Shown here: in pieces, positions 1-9,013 of the stretch
How the letters are laid out: each line of letters opens with the position of its first letter
How positions within the stretch are numbered: the stretch's first letter is position 1
NCBI GenBank assembly: GCA_048938385.1
Contig: JBHLMG010000015.1
Location: 1 to 59,997 of the forward strand
Reading direction: 5' to 3'
From: Promethearchaeota archaeon
GTDB lineage: Archaea > Asgardarchaeota > Hermodarchaeia > Hermodarchaeales > Hermodarchaeaceae
DNA length: 59,997 nucleotides
The notes under the pieces: model-generated
What the model saw: only the letters and a program-made list of their open reading frames with translations
What the model was told of the DNA's origin: nothing
Databases searched by the model: none
Program-made: the position numbers and the translations under genes

Positions 1-312
1 GAATGGCCAAACAAAAAACCATTTCGACGGGCTGCGAAATATGATGGAATTTTTCCATTGAAAGCTGGATCTGATCCTTCAATATATCCTCAAGATTATC
101 AAGAAATTATGAGCTATATTGAAAAGTATAGGAAATCTCTGGACTCATTTGATTTTATAAAAAGTATAGTAACCGTTGGAGACAGAGAGGAAGATGCTTA
201 TATCCATGATTTCATGGACATTGGTGTTAATTGGCTATTAGAGGCTTTCTGGTCGGAACGGTGTTCTTTGAAAGAAATTCAAAAGATAATTGAACGAGGT
301 CCTCCAGAATAA
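1..312 (+). CDS. C-terminal part of an LLM-class (luciferase-like) flavin-dependent oxidoreductase, 5'-truncated by the window edge
   Basis: Frame 1 is open from base 1: EWPNKKPFRRAAKYDGIFPLK...; the 'WPnKkPfRRAAryDG.fP' pattern and terminal 'I.rGPP' are typical of this LLM subfamily. Confidence 0.6.
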   Translation, partial: EWPNKKPFRRAAKYDGIFPLKAGSDPSIYPQDYQEIMSYIEKYRKSLDSFDFIKSIVTVGDREEDAYIHDFMDIGVNWLLEAFWSERCSLKEIQKIIERGPPE

Positions 313-493
313 TTTTGGAAAGACAAATAGAAATACATTAACATCTTCAAACAAATATTAATTTAACCCAGATTTAATTTTACTACAGTTCAAAATATCA
401 AATAACAAGTTTAGAAAACCAAATAACAGGTTAAATCTAAACAGGAAGAAAACTACTATACTGCCAATAGAATTTCTTAAGAAAAGGAACAAG

Positions 494-512
494 AAGGGAG
501 GATTCCTCCCTT
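494..512. terminator. Hairpin between convergent genes, possible terminator
   Basis: AAGGGAG-gattc-CTCCCTT perfect 7-bp stem in the convergent intergenic gap. Confidence 0.35.
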
Positions 513-546
513 GTCATAATCCAGAGATCTCTCTGAAAAAAATAAT

Positions 547-714
547 TTAGCGTGATTGTTCAGGAGCTTCCGCTTCCTCAGACACAGCGGGGAACTCGTA
601 TCCACAATTCGGACAGGCAATTGCACCACAGGACCGGGCCATCATACAGCCCATGCAGCCACTGGCTTGTGCTTTTTCGAAGCGGTTTCCGCACATTGGA
701 CATTGGTAGGCCAT
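547..714 (-). CDS. Small Cys-rich FeoB-associated protein (55 aa, FeoC-like candidate); absent from the ORF track
   Basis: Manual translation MAYQCPMCGNRFEKAQASGCMGCMMARSCGAIACPNCGYEFPAVSEEAEAPEQSR*; GGAGG SD (cctcc at 726-730); directly downstream of feoB. Confidence 0.8.
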   Translation of the reverse strand: MAYQCPMCGNRFEKAQASGCMGCMMARSCGAIACPNCGYEFPAVSEEAEAPEQSR

Positions 715-784
715 GGTTCGTTGTACCTCCTTTTTTTCTTTAATTAGATAATAATTCTATTGTTCTTGTGTTCGGTTTATAAGC

Positions 785-3013
785 TTATGGGATGCCTAAT
801 CCTAGCAACAGAAAGTTGGCTAACCCCCCAAAGAAGAAGGCGAGACCCACTGTTGTTGATGCCAGGAGCAGCGTGTACTTCCACCCGTATTCCCGGGCTA
901 GTACTGCAATAGTCGCTATACACGGAATGTAGATGGTAGTAACTAAGGCAAAGACAAACATCTGTCGGATAGTCATAAAGCTTGCGATACTCCCCCCAGG
1001 AGCGAGGATTACAAGGAGCTCGACAGTAAGTTCTTTGCGTAAGATCCCATAAATGAAGGCAGCGCCCGTTTCCATTGGTAGTCCAAGCCACCCAACGACA
1101 AGGGGACTCAGAGGAACCATAATCAGATGGAGGTAGCCGTATTCAAGAAGGATGCCAAGGATTGCACCACCGATAATAATCATGGGAAGCGCAATGTAGA
1201 CAAATTCTTTGAAGCGAATCCAAGTCTTTTTTAAAATTGGCTTTGCTCGCGGTAATCGGAGAGGGGGGACTTCCATGACAAGGCCATATGATGCTCCAGG
1301 GAGAGTGTGTTGGAGAAGAGCACCTAGCCCGATAATGAGCCCCACCACAATGGCGTAGATGATGAAGGCAAAGAGGAGATGGCCATAGAGGGCTACGGTC
1401 CCAAGAATAACAGCGAGTTGAGCAGAACAGGGAATGAGAACAATAAGGAAGCCCGCAATGAGGCGTTCACGCCGGCTATTTAGAATTCGTGTACCGAGTA
1501 CTGCAGGAACATTACAACCCATACCGGTGAGCATGGGGATGATGGCACGACCATGAAGACCAACGCGGTGCATGAAAGCATCGAGGAGGAATGCAATGCG
1601 GGCAAGATAGCCTGAGTCTTCCATAACGGAGAGTATAACATAAAAGGTTGCGACAAATGGAACAGCAATGAAGAGCCAGCCTTGTAATCCGAGGACGAAC
1701 CCGTAATAAATGATGAATTGCAAAAGTTCAGGAAGAGGAGATCCAAAGATGAGTGAGGAGGCGGTAGGATCAATTAAGATATCCCAGTATTGTCCAACCG
1801 TAGCTTCGAAAAGCGCACCCATAAGGAAAATGAGTAATAGTGAACCTATCATCACAAGTATGGCGATTGGGAGCCCATAGATCCGGTGAGTCAGAATGGC
1901 GGATATGCGTTCGTTTAGAGGAACGCGTTTTCCTTCTCCCTTTTGGACCTTTTCGGTGATGTAGTTGGTGTAATCAAGGCGTTTTTCTCCGAGTACTAGC
2001 ACGATATCAGCTTCAAATTCCCGCTCTATGTCTTCTCTGATTTTAGTTACAAGACTCACTGCATCTTCTTGATCAAGTCGAGATTCTACACATTGAGAGC
2101 ATTCAGCGTACTCTTCCAAGAGTTGCTGGGAGACTATTCGAAGGGGTAACTTAAGTGGACAGAGCTGCATTTGTGCAAGGCGTTGCTCTAGCATCCGTAA
2201 TTTAGCCTCAATGCCATTTGGAAAGAGCATACGACGGGGGTTGTAATCACCGAAGGGTTGGACCACCATTTTTGCCGCAGTTCGTAACAAAAGCCTGAGA
2301 TTATATCCTTCTATAGCGATAGTAGGAATTACTGGAACACCCAACAAGTTTTCTAACGCTTTCAAATCGATTTTAATGCCCATACGGCGTGCCAAATCAA
2401 TTTGGTTTAAACAGATCACCATTGGAATGTCGAACTCAAGAAGCGATATAGTCAGAAGTAGATTTCGGGGAAGGTTAGTAGCATCAACAATATTGATAAT
2501 GACATCAGGTTTTTCCTGCTGTAAATAATGAAGAGTGACCTTTTCATCTTCCGTGGATGGGCTCACAATAGTGTAAGAGCCGGGTAAATCCACAATTTCA
2601 AGGCGGATACCCTGTTCTGGATCAAAATACCCCCTCTGCTGATAACGCTTATGCTTTGTTTGGGACCGCCTACGACCCCAACCTCGAAAATACCATTCAT
2701 CGTCGCGATCTGGGTCTCGTCTGAACCTTCGTCTTTTTCTAGGTGCTGCTTCTGTTTCCCAGTCTTTAATTCCAGGGTGCCACTTGGGGGCGTAAACATC
2801 GTGATAAGATAAATAAACCTCGCCTTTGAGTAACTCAACTGTGGTTCCTGGATAATTCGAAACAATAGCCCCTAGACCTGTCCAATGGTTGAAAATGACA
2901 CTTTTCCCAACATTAGGTTGTCCCACAAGTGCAACTCGGGCTTTCGCTCTCGGCTGGGAGCGGTCTTTCCATTTCCATTGTCTTTTCTTTTGATGTCCTC
3001 GCAATTCGATCAC
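785..3013 (-). CDS. feoB: Ferrous iron transporter FeoB
   Basis: G1 GQPNVGKS, G2 NYPGTTV, G3 DLPG, G4 NQID; membrane domain motifs EDSGYLAR, GCNVPA, IPCSA, YIPCIAT. Confidence 0.95.
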   Translation of the reverse strand: MIELRGHQKKRQWKWKDRSQPRAKARVALVGQPNVGKSVIFNHWTGLGAIVSNYPGTTVELLKGEVYLSYHDVYAPKWHPGIKDWETEAAPRKRRRFRRDPDRDDEWYFRGWGRRRSQTKHKRYQQRGYFDPEQGIRLEIVDLPGSYTIVSPSTEDEKVTLHYLQQEKPDVIINIVDATNLPRNLLLTISLLEFDIPMVICLNQIDLARRMGIKIDLKALENLLGVPVIPTIAIEGYNLRLLLRTAAKMVVQPFGDYNPRRMLFPNGIEAKLRMLEQRLAQMQLCPLKLPLRIVSQQLLEEYAECSQCVESRLDQEDAVSLVTKIREDIEREFEADIVLVLGEKRLDYTNYITEKVQKGEGKRVPLNERISAILTHRIYGLPIAILVMIGSLLLIFLMGALFEATVGQYWDILIDPTASSLIFGSPLPELLQFIIYYGFVLGLQGWLFIAVPFVATFYVILSVMEDSGYLARIAFLLDAFMHRVGLHGRAIIPMLTGMGCNVPAVLGTRILNSRRERLIAGFLIVLIPCSAQLAVILGTVALYGHLLFAFIIYAIVVGLIIGLGALLQHTLPGASYGLVMEVPPLRLPRAKPILKKTWIRFKEFVYIALPMIIIGGAILGILLEYGYLHLIMVPLSPLVVGWLGLPMETGAAFIYGILRKELTVELLVILAPGGSIASFMTIRQMFVFALVTTIYIPCIATIAVLAREYGWKYTLLLASTTVGLAFFFGGLANFLLLGLGIP

Positions 3014-3016
3014 GCT

Positions 3017-3760
3017 TCAGTCTTCGTCATCTTCACGGTGTACTAGTACCCTTTGTGCTAGCTTGCAGCTTAGCGCAAATTGAGCAGTACCCACTTCAAT
3101 TAGAAGCGTGTCCCCAATCGGGGAGACTTGGAGGACGCGGACAGTTTCACCAGGGAGCATACCCATAGAGGACATCATCCGGAGAAGGTCGACATTTTCG
3201 TCGCTAATACAGTCGATGACGGCTTGTTCCCCTTGTTCTAAATCAGCGAGCGATAATTCAGGGAGGGGGGTCAAGAAACCATTCGATTCGGGAATCGGAT
3301 TTCCATGTGGACAGGTTGCGGGACCATTGAGTCGATCTAATACTTGGTCACACATTTCGGGAGAAAGCATATGTTCCCATTGACATGCAACATCATGGGC
3401 TTCCTCCCAACTTACCCCTAGTAGATCTACGAGTAATCTTTCAGCAACTCGATGACGTCGAAGTACATCTAAAGCTATATTCCGCCCCTTTCGGGTTAAC
3501 CGAAACCCTCGATTCTTCTGATACTTGAGATACTTTTTCTCTGTGAGTTTCTTCACCATCTCAGTGACGCTCCCGGGCTGGACTTTCAAAGCTTCCGCTA
3601 GTTCACCAGTTTTGACATACCGATCCTCATCCTTTAGTAGTCGATAAATAGCTTCGAGATACTCTTCCATACCCGTGGAGGGTAAGGTGGATGAACGCGT
3701 GGTTGGTTCCGTTGGGCTCGCTTCGGTGGGTTTTGTGTCTTGAGATGGTTCTGGACTCAT
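3017..3760 (-). CDS. DtxR/MntR-family metal-dependent repressor with C-terminal FeoA domain
   Basis: EEYLEAIY, HTH, RRHRVAERLL, ACQWEH, TCPHGNPIP, followed by an SH3-like FeoA tail (MGMLPGETVRV). Confidence 0.92.
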   Translation of the reverse strand: MSPEPSQDTKPTEASPTEPTTRSSTLPSTGMEEYLEAIYRLLKDEDRYVKTGELAEALKVQPGSVTEMVKKLTEKKYLKYQKNRGFRLTRKGRNIALDVLRRHRVAERLLVDLLGVSWEEAHDVACQWEHMLSPEMCDQVLDRLNGPATCPHGNPIPESNGFLTPLPELSLADLEQGEQAVIDCISDENVDLLRMMSSMGMLPGETVRVLQVSPIGDTLLIEVGTAQFALSCKLAQRVLVHREDDED

Positions 3761-3768
3761 AATATTAT

Positions 3769-3784
3769 TTTAGGCATACCTAAA
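3769..3784. promoter_or_regulatory. DtxR/MntR-type operator overlapping the promoter of the repressor-feoB operon
   Basis: Palindrome TTTAGG-CATA-CCTAAA 9 nt upstream of the ATG; TATA-like CTTAAAT (minus strand, 3790-3784) abuts it. Confidence 0.75.
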
Positions 3785-3818
3785 TTTAAGACTATTGTTT
3801 GTTTATATCCAAACCCAA

Positions 3819-4727
3819 TCATACTAAACTGAGCACTTGAGCGCACATTAGAAAATACAAAACAAGCGCCCTTACCTCCCCCCAGCGTCCCGCAACCCGT
3901 TCGACATCCCGACGCTTCGCTGGTTTCCCTTTTAGATAGAGCTGTGAAATAATTGTCCGAATGCCGAGATCGCCGAAAGGAAATACCTCAAAGCGTCGTA
4001 GTCCGGTTAAAACAGCGAGTTCTGCCGTCCAAGGACCAATTCCCCGCAACTCATCAAGTCGCGCAATTGCAGAGAAAGAGTCGAGGTCGCCAAGATCTTC
4101 TAGTCGGAGCGAACCTTCGGTTATTTGGCGAAAAAGATTCACAAGGTATGGTGCTTTATAGCCGAGTTTACAAGTGCGAAGATCTGTTTCGGAAAGGCCA
4201 GCAAGCACCTCTAACGAAGGAAACCCAAACACATCCGTTTCCTCCAACTGCTGCTTATTTCCGTAAGCCAACACAAGCTTACGCGTAACCTGATTAGCTG
4301 AACGAAAACTAACTTGTTGTTGTAGAATTGCTTTCACCAATGCCTCTAATAGCGTGGGTTGGCTATAGGGGCGTAATCCCACAAGAGGCTCTGCAAGATG
4401 AGCAATAACCGGATCCGCCTTGATGGCTTGGAGTACAGGACGAGTATCAATATCCCACCCCAATAACCAACCTACAGCGCTAATAACCTCTTGAGATAGT
4501 ACACCTTTTTGGTCTGCATAGCTTACCTTGAGTTCAGTAGGTGCTCCCCACTTTATCTGATGAACTCGCACAGGAATCATCAGCGAATTGATTGTCAAGC
4601 ACCGTGTCCATCGACTAGGTGTTTTCACTTCGGGAACGGGTTGGATATCCGGGTATATCCAACTATCAACCGTGACATCTAAATCAAAGGGTTGAGTAAG
4701 GCAGAGGGTTTCATGGTGAATCGTCAC
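3819..4727 (-). CDS. alkA: DNA-3-methyladenine glycosylase II (AlkA/HhH-GPD family)
   Basis: AILQQQVS, HhH LRGIGPWTAE, FPFGDLGIR with catalytic Asp. Confidence 0.85.
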   Translation of the reverse strand: MTIHHETLCLTQPFDLDVTVDSWIYPDIQPVPEVKTPSRWTRCLTINSLMIPVRVHQIKWGAPTELKVSYADQKGVLSQEVISAVGWLLGWDIDTRPVLQAIKADPVIAHLAEPLVGLRPYSQPTLLEALVKAILQQQVSFRSANQVTRKLVLAYGNKQQLEETDVFGFPSLEVLAGLSETDLRTCKLGYKAPYLVNLFRQITEGSLRLEDLGDLDSFSAIARLDELRGIGPWTAELAVLTGLRRFEVFPFGDLGIRTIISQLYLKGKPAKRRDVERVAGRWGEVRALVLYFLMCAQVLSLV

Positions 4728-4947
4728 AAACTTAACACCTACTTAGACTGATAGGTGAAACTTGTTCCTCTTTGCATTTGGAGTTACCTGTAGTTTAACC
4801 CCGTCTTCCTTTTTGAGAAAAGTATAAAGGATTAGGAATCTGCTTGGGATTTAATACAGTTGTGTATGGTTATTGGACAATCGAACACAACACCTTTGTA
4901 ACCTCCAAATATCTTGATTACAAACTCGCGAACGGTTGTGAGCTTCA

Positions 4948-5322
4948 ATGGCATTGTTGGGTTTTCGGCAAATAATGTCCGGACAGCCAGTCGAAGCAAG
5001 TGATGTCATGCATTGCTTCCTCGGGTTACGGACACTAGAAATTGATGTGTATTTCTACCTCCTCAAAGGACAGGCCACTGTGAAGGAAGTGTCACAAGCC
5101 CTTAGTCGAAACCGTAGCACGATCCAACGAGCTATTCAGAACCTCGTCCAACGCGGATTTGCCCACCGTCGCACCCGTACACTCCGCAAGGGCGGTTATG
5201 TTTATGTTTACGAAGCTGTCAGCCTTGGTACGCTAAAGGACCTCATCAAGGAAGCACTTGACGCATTCTACCATCAAATCGTTGATTTCTTGGATCGGTA
5301 TTGGGCGGAATCGGTTCAGTGA
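4948..5322 (+). CDS. Archaeal TrmB-like wHTH transcriptional regulator
   Basis: DVMHCFLGL..EIDVYFYLL, HTH RNRSTIQRAIQNLVQRG, wing GGYVYVY. Confidence 0.8.
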   Translation: MALLGFRQIMSGQPVEASDVMHCFLGLRTLEIDVYFYLLKGQATVKEVSQALSRNRSTIQRAIQNLVQRGFAHRRTRTLRKGGYVYVYEAVSLGTLKDLIKEALDAFYHQIVDFLDRYWAESVQ

Positions 5323-5448
5323 GTTCAAAACGGTTGTTCGCTGTTGTGGCACTATCGATACCCTTTTATGGCGTACCGAAGAAAACAACCGATAAGTGCA
5401 ACACGGGAAAAAACACATCCGGGAAGCAAAAAGAACGGTGAAAGTGAG

Positions 5449-5682
5449 TTGGCAAAGATAGGCTGCCCATTTTGCAACAAAGTTGGTATCACCATGGTTA
5501 TCACTGGACTAGCTTTTGTGATAGGGAGCGGAATTCTAACACTACCATGGTTAGCCATTATCGGGCTTGTTATTCTTCTCGCTGCTTACATCGTTCCAAA
5601 CATGTTGAGTGGAGACAGTTGCCACACATCAGGTCCAAGTCGACCCACTCAGAACTCTGGAGAGGAGCCACGAAATGAGTGA
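5449..5682 (+). CDS. Small two-TM membrane protein with N-terminal CPFC motif
   Basis: Likely TTG start at 5449 after GGTGA SD (frame open from 5344); CPFC then two hydrophobic helices; overlaps the trx start. Confidence 0.6.
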   Translation: MAKIGCPFCNKVGITMVITGLAFVIGSGILTLPWLAIIGLVILLAAYIVPNMLSGDSCHTSGPSRPTQNSGEEPRNE

Positions 5683-6094
5683 ATCTACCGATCCGGAACT
5701 GAAACGCTTACGCGAAAAAAAACTCCAAGAGATGAAAAACCTCATGACAACAGAAACTCAAAACCCCCCAACCCCTCAAGGTGAAGTGCTTCATTTATCA
5801 ACCAGCGATTTTGATGAAGCCATAAATAACGGATTAACGCTCGTCGACTTTTTTGCGGTTTGGTGCGGACCCTGCCAGATGATGACTCCTATCATCGAGC
5901 GATTGGCAAAGGAGTACGCGGGACGAGCTAAGGTCGCCAAGGTGGATGTCGACCATAATATCGAAATTGCGATGCGCTTTGGCATCCAAGGTGTTCCAAC
6001 CTTCGGGATCTTTAAAGACGGTCAAATGGTACATCGCATCGTCGGCGGAGTTGGATACCAACCGTTGAAAGTGGCGTTGGATACATTTCTTTGA
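5675..6094 (+). CDS. trxA: Thioredoxin
   Basis: WCGPC active site, GVPT cis-Pro motif; archaeal N-terminal 'DPELKRLREKKLQEM' extension; ATG at 5675 after GAGGAG. Confidence 0.92.
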   Translation: MSESTDPELKRLREKKLQEMKNLMTTETQNPPTPQGEVLHLSTSDFDEAINNGLTLVDFFAVWCGPCQMMTPIIERLAKEYAGRAKVAKVDVDHNIEIAMRFGIQGVPTFGIFKDGQMVHRIVGGVGYQPLKVALDTFL

Positions 6095-6287
6095 ATCCAT
6101 ACGCCGAACTCCCTTTTTTGAGGAGATGAAATCTACACCAATTAGGAATTTGATTAAGCAGGTCCGAAAATTTTTTATTTCGATATTATTTTTTCTGACT
6201 AGCTGGAGCACCCGTAGTATACCTGGCATCGTTGTTAACAGTGCAAGGTTGGATGTGGGAACCAGGAAAATGCTTGCGTCCTTCATT

Positions 6288-6316
6288 ATTCTAAAACCGA
6301 TAATGAGTTTTAGAAT
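6288..6316. promoter_or_regulatory. Perfect 10-bp inverted repeat with 9-nt spacer upstream of grpE, candidate heat-shock operator
   Basis: ATTCTAAAAC-CGATAATGA-GTTTTAGAAT ending 4 nt before the GAGGAGGT SD of grpE. Confidence 0.5.
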
Positions 6317-6336
6317 GCCAGAGGAGGTTTTAACTC

Positions 6337-6996
6337 GTGTCTCCAACACCTAAGAAACGGAGTGGAACTCCCACGAAGAAGGATAAACCAAAAGAGCAAG
6401 TTAAAGAAGAAAAAGCAGGAAAGCCATCGATGGAAGTGCGTTCTGAGGTTTCAGCTGATAGGCTGGAACAAACGATCTCTGAAGCGAAAAATGAAGTTGA
6501 AAACTACAAAGTGAAGCTTGCTTACATGCAAGCCGAACATCAGAACTATGTAAAATCCATGGAAAAACGTGAAACTCAATTGCGGTTGCAAGCCAATCGT
6601 GATTTAATCTTACGGTTGCTACCCATACTCGATGATTTGGAACGGGCGCAAATTATGATACCACATATTGAAGCAAATGAGCCCTTCATCAGGGGGCTTC
6701 AAATGGTTGTTGAGAATCTTAAATCTACATTCACCGATGCGGGAGTAACACGGATTATCTGTAAAGGTCAACCCTTTGATCCGCTACGCCATGAAGCGGT
6801 AGTACGAGAGGAATCCACTGATAATCCTCCGAACACTGTTCTGGAAGAATTGCGAAAAGGGTATCTATTAAAAGGTGAGTTGTTACGTCCAGCCATGGTG
6901 AAAATCGCTATCGCCCCCAAACCCACGCCGACAGAAAAGGCGTCTGCACTTTCAGAAAATAAAAGTTCTCAAAACAAGGGGAAAAATCCTGATTGA
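6337..6996 (+). CDS. grpE: Nucleotide exchange factor GrpE
   Basis: LLPILDDLERA, FDPLRHEAV, KGYLLKGELLRPAMVKI; first gene of grpE-dnaK-dnaJ. Confidence 0.95.
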   Translation: MSPTPKKRSGTPTKKDKPKEQVKEEKAGKPSMEVRSEVSADRLEQTISEAKNEVENYKVKLAYMQAEHQNYVKSMEKRETQLRLQANRDLILRLLPILDDLERAQIMIPHIEANEPFIRGLQMVVENLKSTFTDAGVTRIICKGQPFDPLRHEAVVREESTDNPPNTVLEELRKGYLLKGELLRPAMVKIAIAPKPTPTEKASALSENKSSQNKGKNPD

Positions 6997-7016
6997 ACAT
7001 AAGGTGTTGAAATAAC

Positions 7017-8909
7017 ATGGCAAAAATTATTGGTATTGATTTAGGAACAAGCAATTCAGCAGCTGCGGTGATGCGTGGAGATCGCCCAGTGATAGTGCCT
7101 AGTGCTGAGGGTCCCACGGTATCAGGGAAGGCTTTTCCTTCTTTTGTAGCTATCACAGAAGATGGAACAAGGCTCGTCGGAGAACCAGCTCGACGACAAG
7201 CTGTAGCTAACCCAGAAGGCACTATAACTGCTGTCAAGCGAAAAATGGGTACTCGTCAAAAAATAAAAATTCGTGACAAGACTTTTACGCCAGAAGAAAT
7301 TTCCTCGTTTATTTTACGAAAAATTAAGAAGGATTCAGAAGCGTTTCTCGAAGGAGAGGTTACTCAAGCCGTCATAACGGTTCCTGCGTACTTCAATGAT
7401 AACCAGCGGCAAGCCACCAAAGATGCTGGTGAGCTTGCAGGCCTTGAAGTAGTACGCCTCATTAACGAGCCTACAGCTGCCTCGCTAGCCTATGGTATCG
7501 ACAAGCTAGACAAAGAACTCCGAATTCTTGTATTTGACTTAGGTGGCGGAACATTGGATGTTACTATCATGGAGTTCGGACCTGATCCAGACACAGGAAG
7601 TGGGCTGTTTCAAGTCGTGTCAACTGCAGGCGATACTCAACTCGGTGGTACGGATATGGACCTCGCCATAGCTGAATGGCTGGCGGGTGAGTTCAAGAGT
7701 GAACAGGACATGGATATTCACCAGGACGCGACGGCATGGCGGCGTGTTCTAGAAGCTGCAGAAAAAGCTAAGATCGAATTATCAAATGTTTTAGAAACAG
7801 AGATCAACCTTCCTTATCTTACTGCAGATAAAACCGGTCCGAAGCATCTGAACCTAAAATTAAGCCGTGCGAAACTCGAGGATTTAATCCGAGACATTAT
7901 CGATCGCTGTGATGGACCAATGCGCACCGCCATTGCGGACGCTAAGCTTCGACCCAATGACATTGACAAAATAATCTTAATCGGTGGTCCCACTCGGATG
8001 CCGATAGTGCGACAATATGTTGAAAAATTCATTGGAAAGAAAGCAGAACGAGGCGTGGACCCCATGGAGGCAGTAGCTCTTGGTGCTGCCATCCAAGCAG
8101 GTGTGATCTCAGGAGATGTGCAAGAACTTCTGCTCCTTGATGTTACGCCCCTTTCGTTAGGAGTAGAAACAAAAGGCGGAGTAATGACAAGAATCATCGA
8201 AAAGAATACATCTATTCCTACAACGAAGAGTGATATTTTCAGTACTGCTAGTGACATGCAAACTGTTGTCACAATTCATGTCTTGCAAGGGGAACGACGA
8301 ATGGCAGAGGATAACATATCCTTAGGGCAATTCAACCTCACCGGAATCCCTCCTGCTCCTATGGGTGTTCCAAAAATTGAGGTTGCCTTTGACATTGATG
8401 TGAATGGTATCCTCCATGTTTCAGCTAAGGATTTGGGAACTGGCAATGAGCAGAAGATCACGATTTCTGCATCAACTAAACTAACCGATGATCAGAAAGA
8501 GAAGATGGTTGCCGATGCTGAAAAGTATGACGAGGAAGATCAACGCCGATTTGAAGAAGTCCAAGAACTAAATAAGGCAGAATCCATGGTCTATACCGCC
8601 CGTAAAACCCTGAAAGAATTAGGTGAAAAAGTAAGTGAAGCAGACCGTAAGAAAGTAGAAGAGTCAGCTGAAAAACTTGAAAAAGCCATCCTAGAAAAAG
8701 ACTTGACTACTGTAAAACAAGAAATGGAGACTCTCACGGATGTGCTTCAGGGTTTAGGAGCTGCTGTTTACCAACAGGTTGCAGAGGAGCAGGCGAAACG
8801 AGAAGCTCAAGCTGGAGCGCCAGACAAGTCTGAGGGCAAAGAAAAGAAGAAGAAAAAAGAGAAAGTGGTTGATGCCGACTATAAAGTAGTTGATGACGAA
8901 GATAAGTAG
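7017..8909 (+). CDS. dnaK: Chaperone DnaK (Hsp70)
   Basis: [43 protein letters not shown]. Confidence 0.98.
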   Translation: MAKIIGIDLGTSNSAAAVMRGDRPVIVPSAEGPTVSGKAFPSFVAITEDGTRLVGEPARRQAVANPEGTITAVKRKMGTRQKIKIRDKTFTPEEISSFILRKIKKDSEAFLEGEVTQAVITVPAYFNDNQRQATKDAGELAGLEVVRLINEPTAASLAYGIDKLDKELRILVFDLGGGTLDVTIMEFGPDPDTGSGLFQVVSTAGDTQLGGTDMDLAIAEWLAGEFKSEQDMDIHQDATAWRRVLEAAEKAKIELSNVLETEINLPYLTADKTGPKHLNLKLSRAKLEDLIRDIIDRCDGPMRTAIADAKLRPNDIDKIILIGGPTRMPIVRQYVEKFIGKKAERGVDPMEAVALGAAIQAGVISGDVQELLLLDVTPLSLGVETKGGVMTRIIEKNTSIPTTKSDIFSTASDMQTVVTIHVLQGERRMAEDNISLGQFNLTGIPPAPMGVPKIEVAFDIDVNGILHVSAKDLGTGNEQKITISASTKLTDDQKEKMVADAEKYDEEDQRRFEEVQELNKAESMVYTARKTLKELGEKVSEADRKKVEESAEKLEKAILEKDLTTVKQEMETLTDVLQGLGAAVYQQVAEEQAKREAQAGAPDKSEGKEKKKKKEKVVDADYKVVDDEDK

Positions 8910-9013
8910 ACAAGCAAACTTTCTAGAAACTGACTTAAAACTACCCACACTCATGACACAGAAGAAATAAAAGGTCAATCCTGTTTCCTGTAGCGCAGAT
9001 GCGGTGAGCTAGC

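Noticed and set aside
552-747. Two 63-aa + strand ORFs from the track
   Set aside because: Antisense shadows of the SD-supported Cys-rich minus-strand ORF at 547-714
2612-2812. Intein in FeoB
   Set aside because: No N-terminal Cys/Ser block, no His-Asn end, and too short
6288-6316. Canonical CIRCE/HrcA regulation
   Set aside because: Arm sequence does not match TTAGCACTC and no hrcA is present in the window
5834-6353. ORFs 5834..6349(-) and 6126..6353(+)
   Set aside because: Overlap trx and the grpE promoter region and lack protein-like motifs
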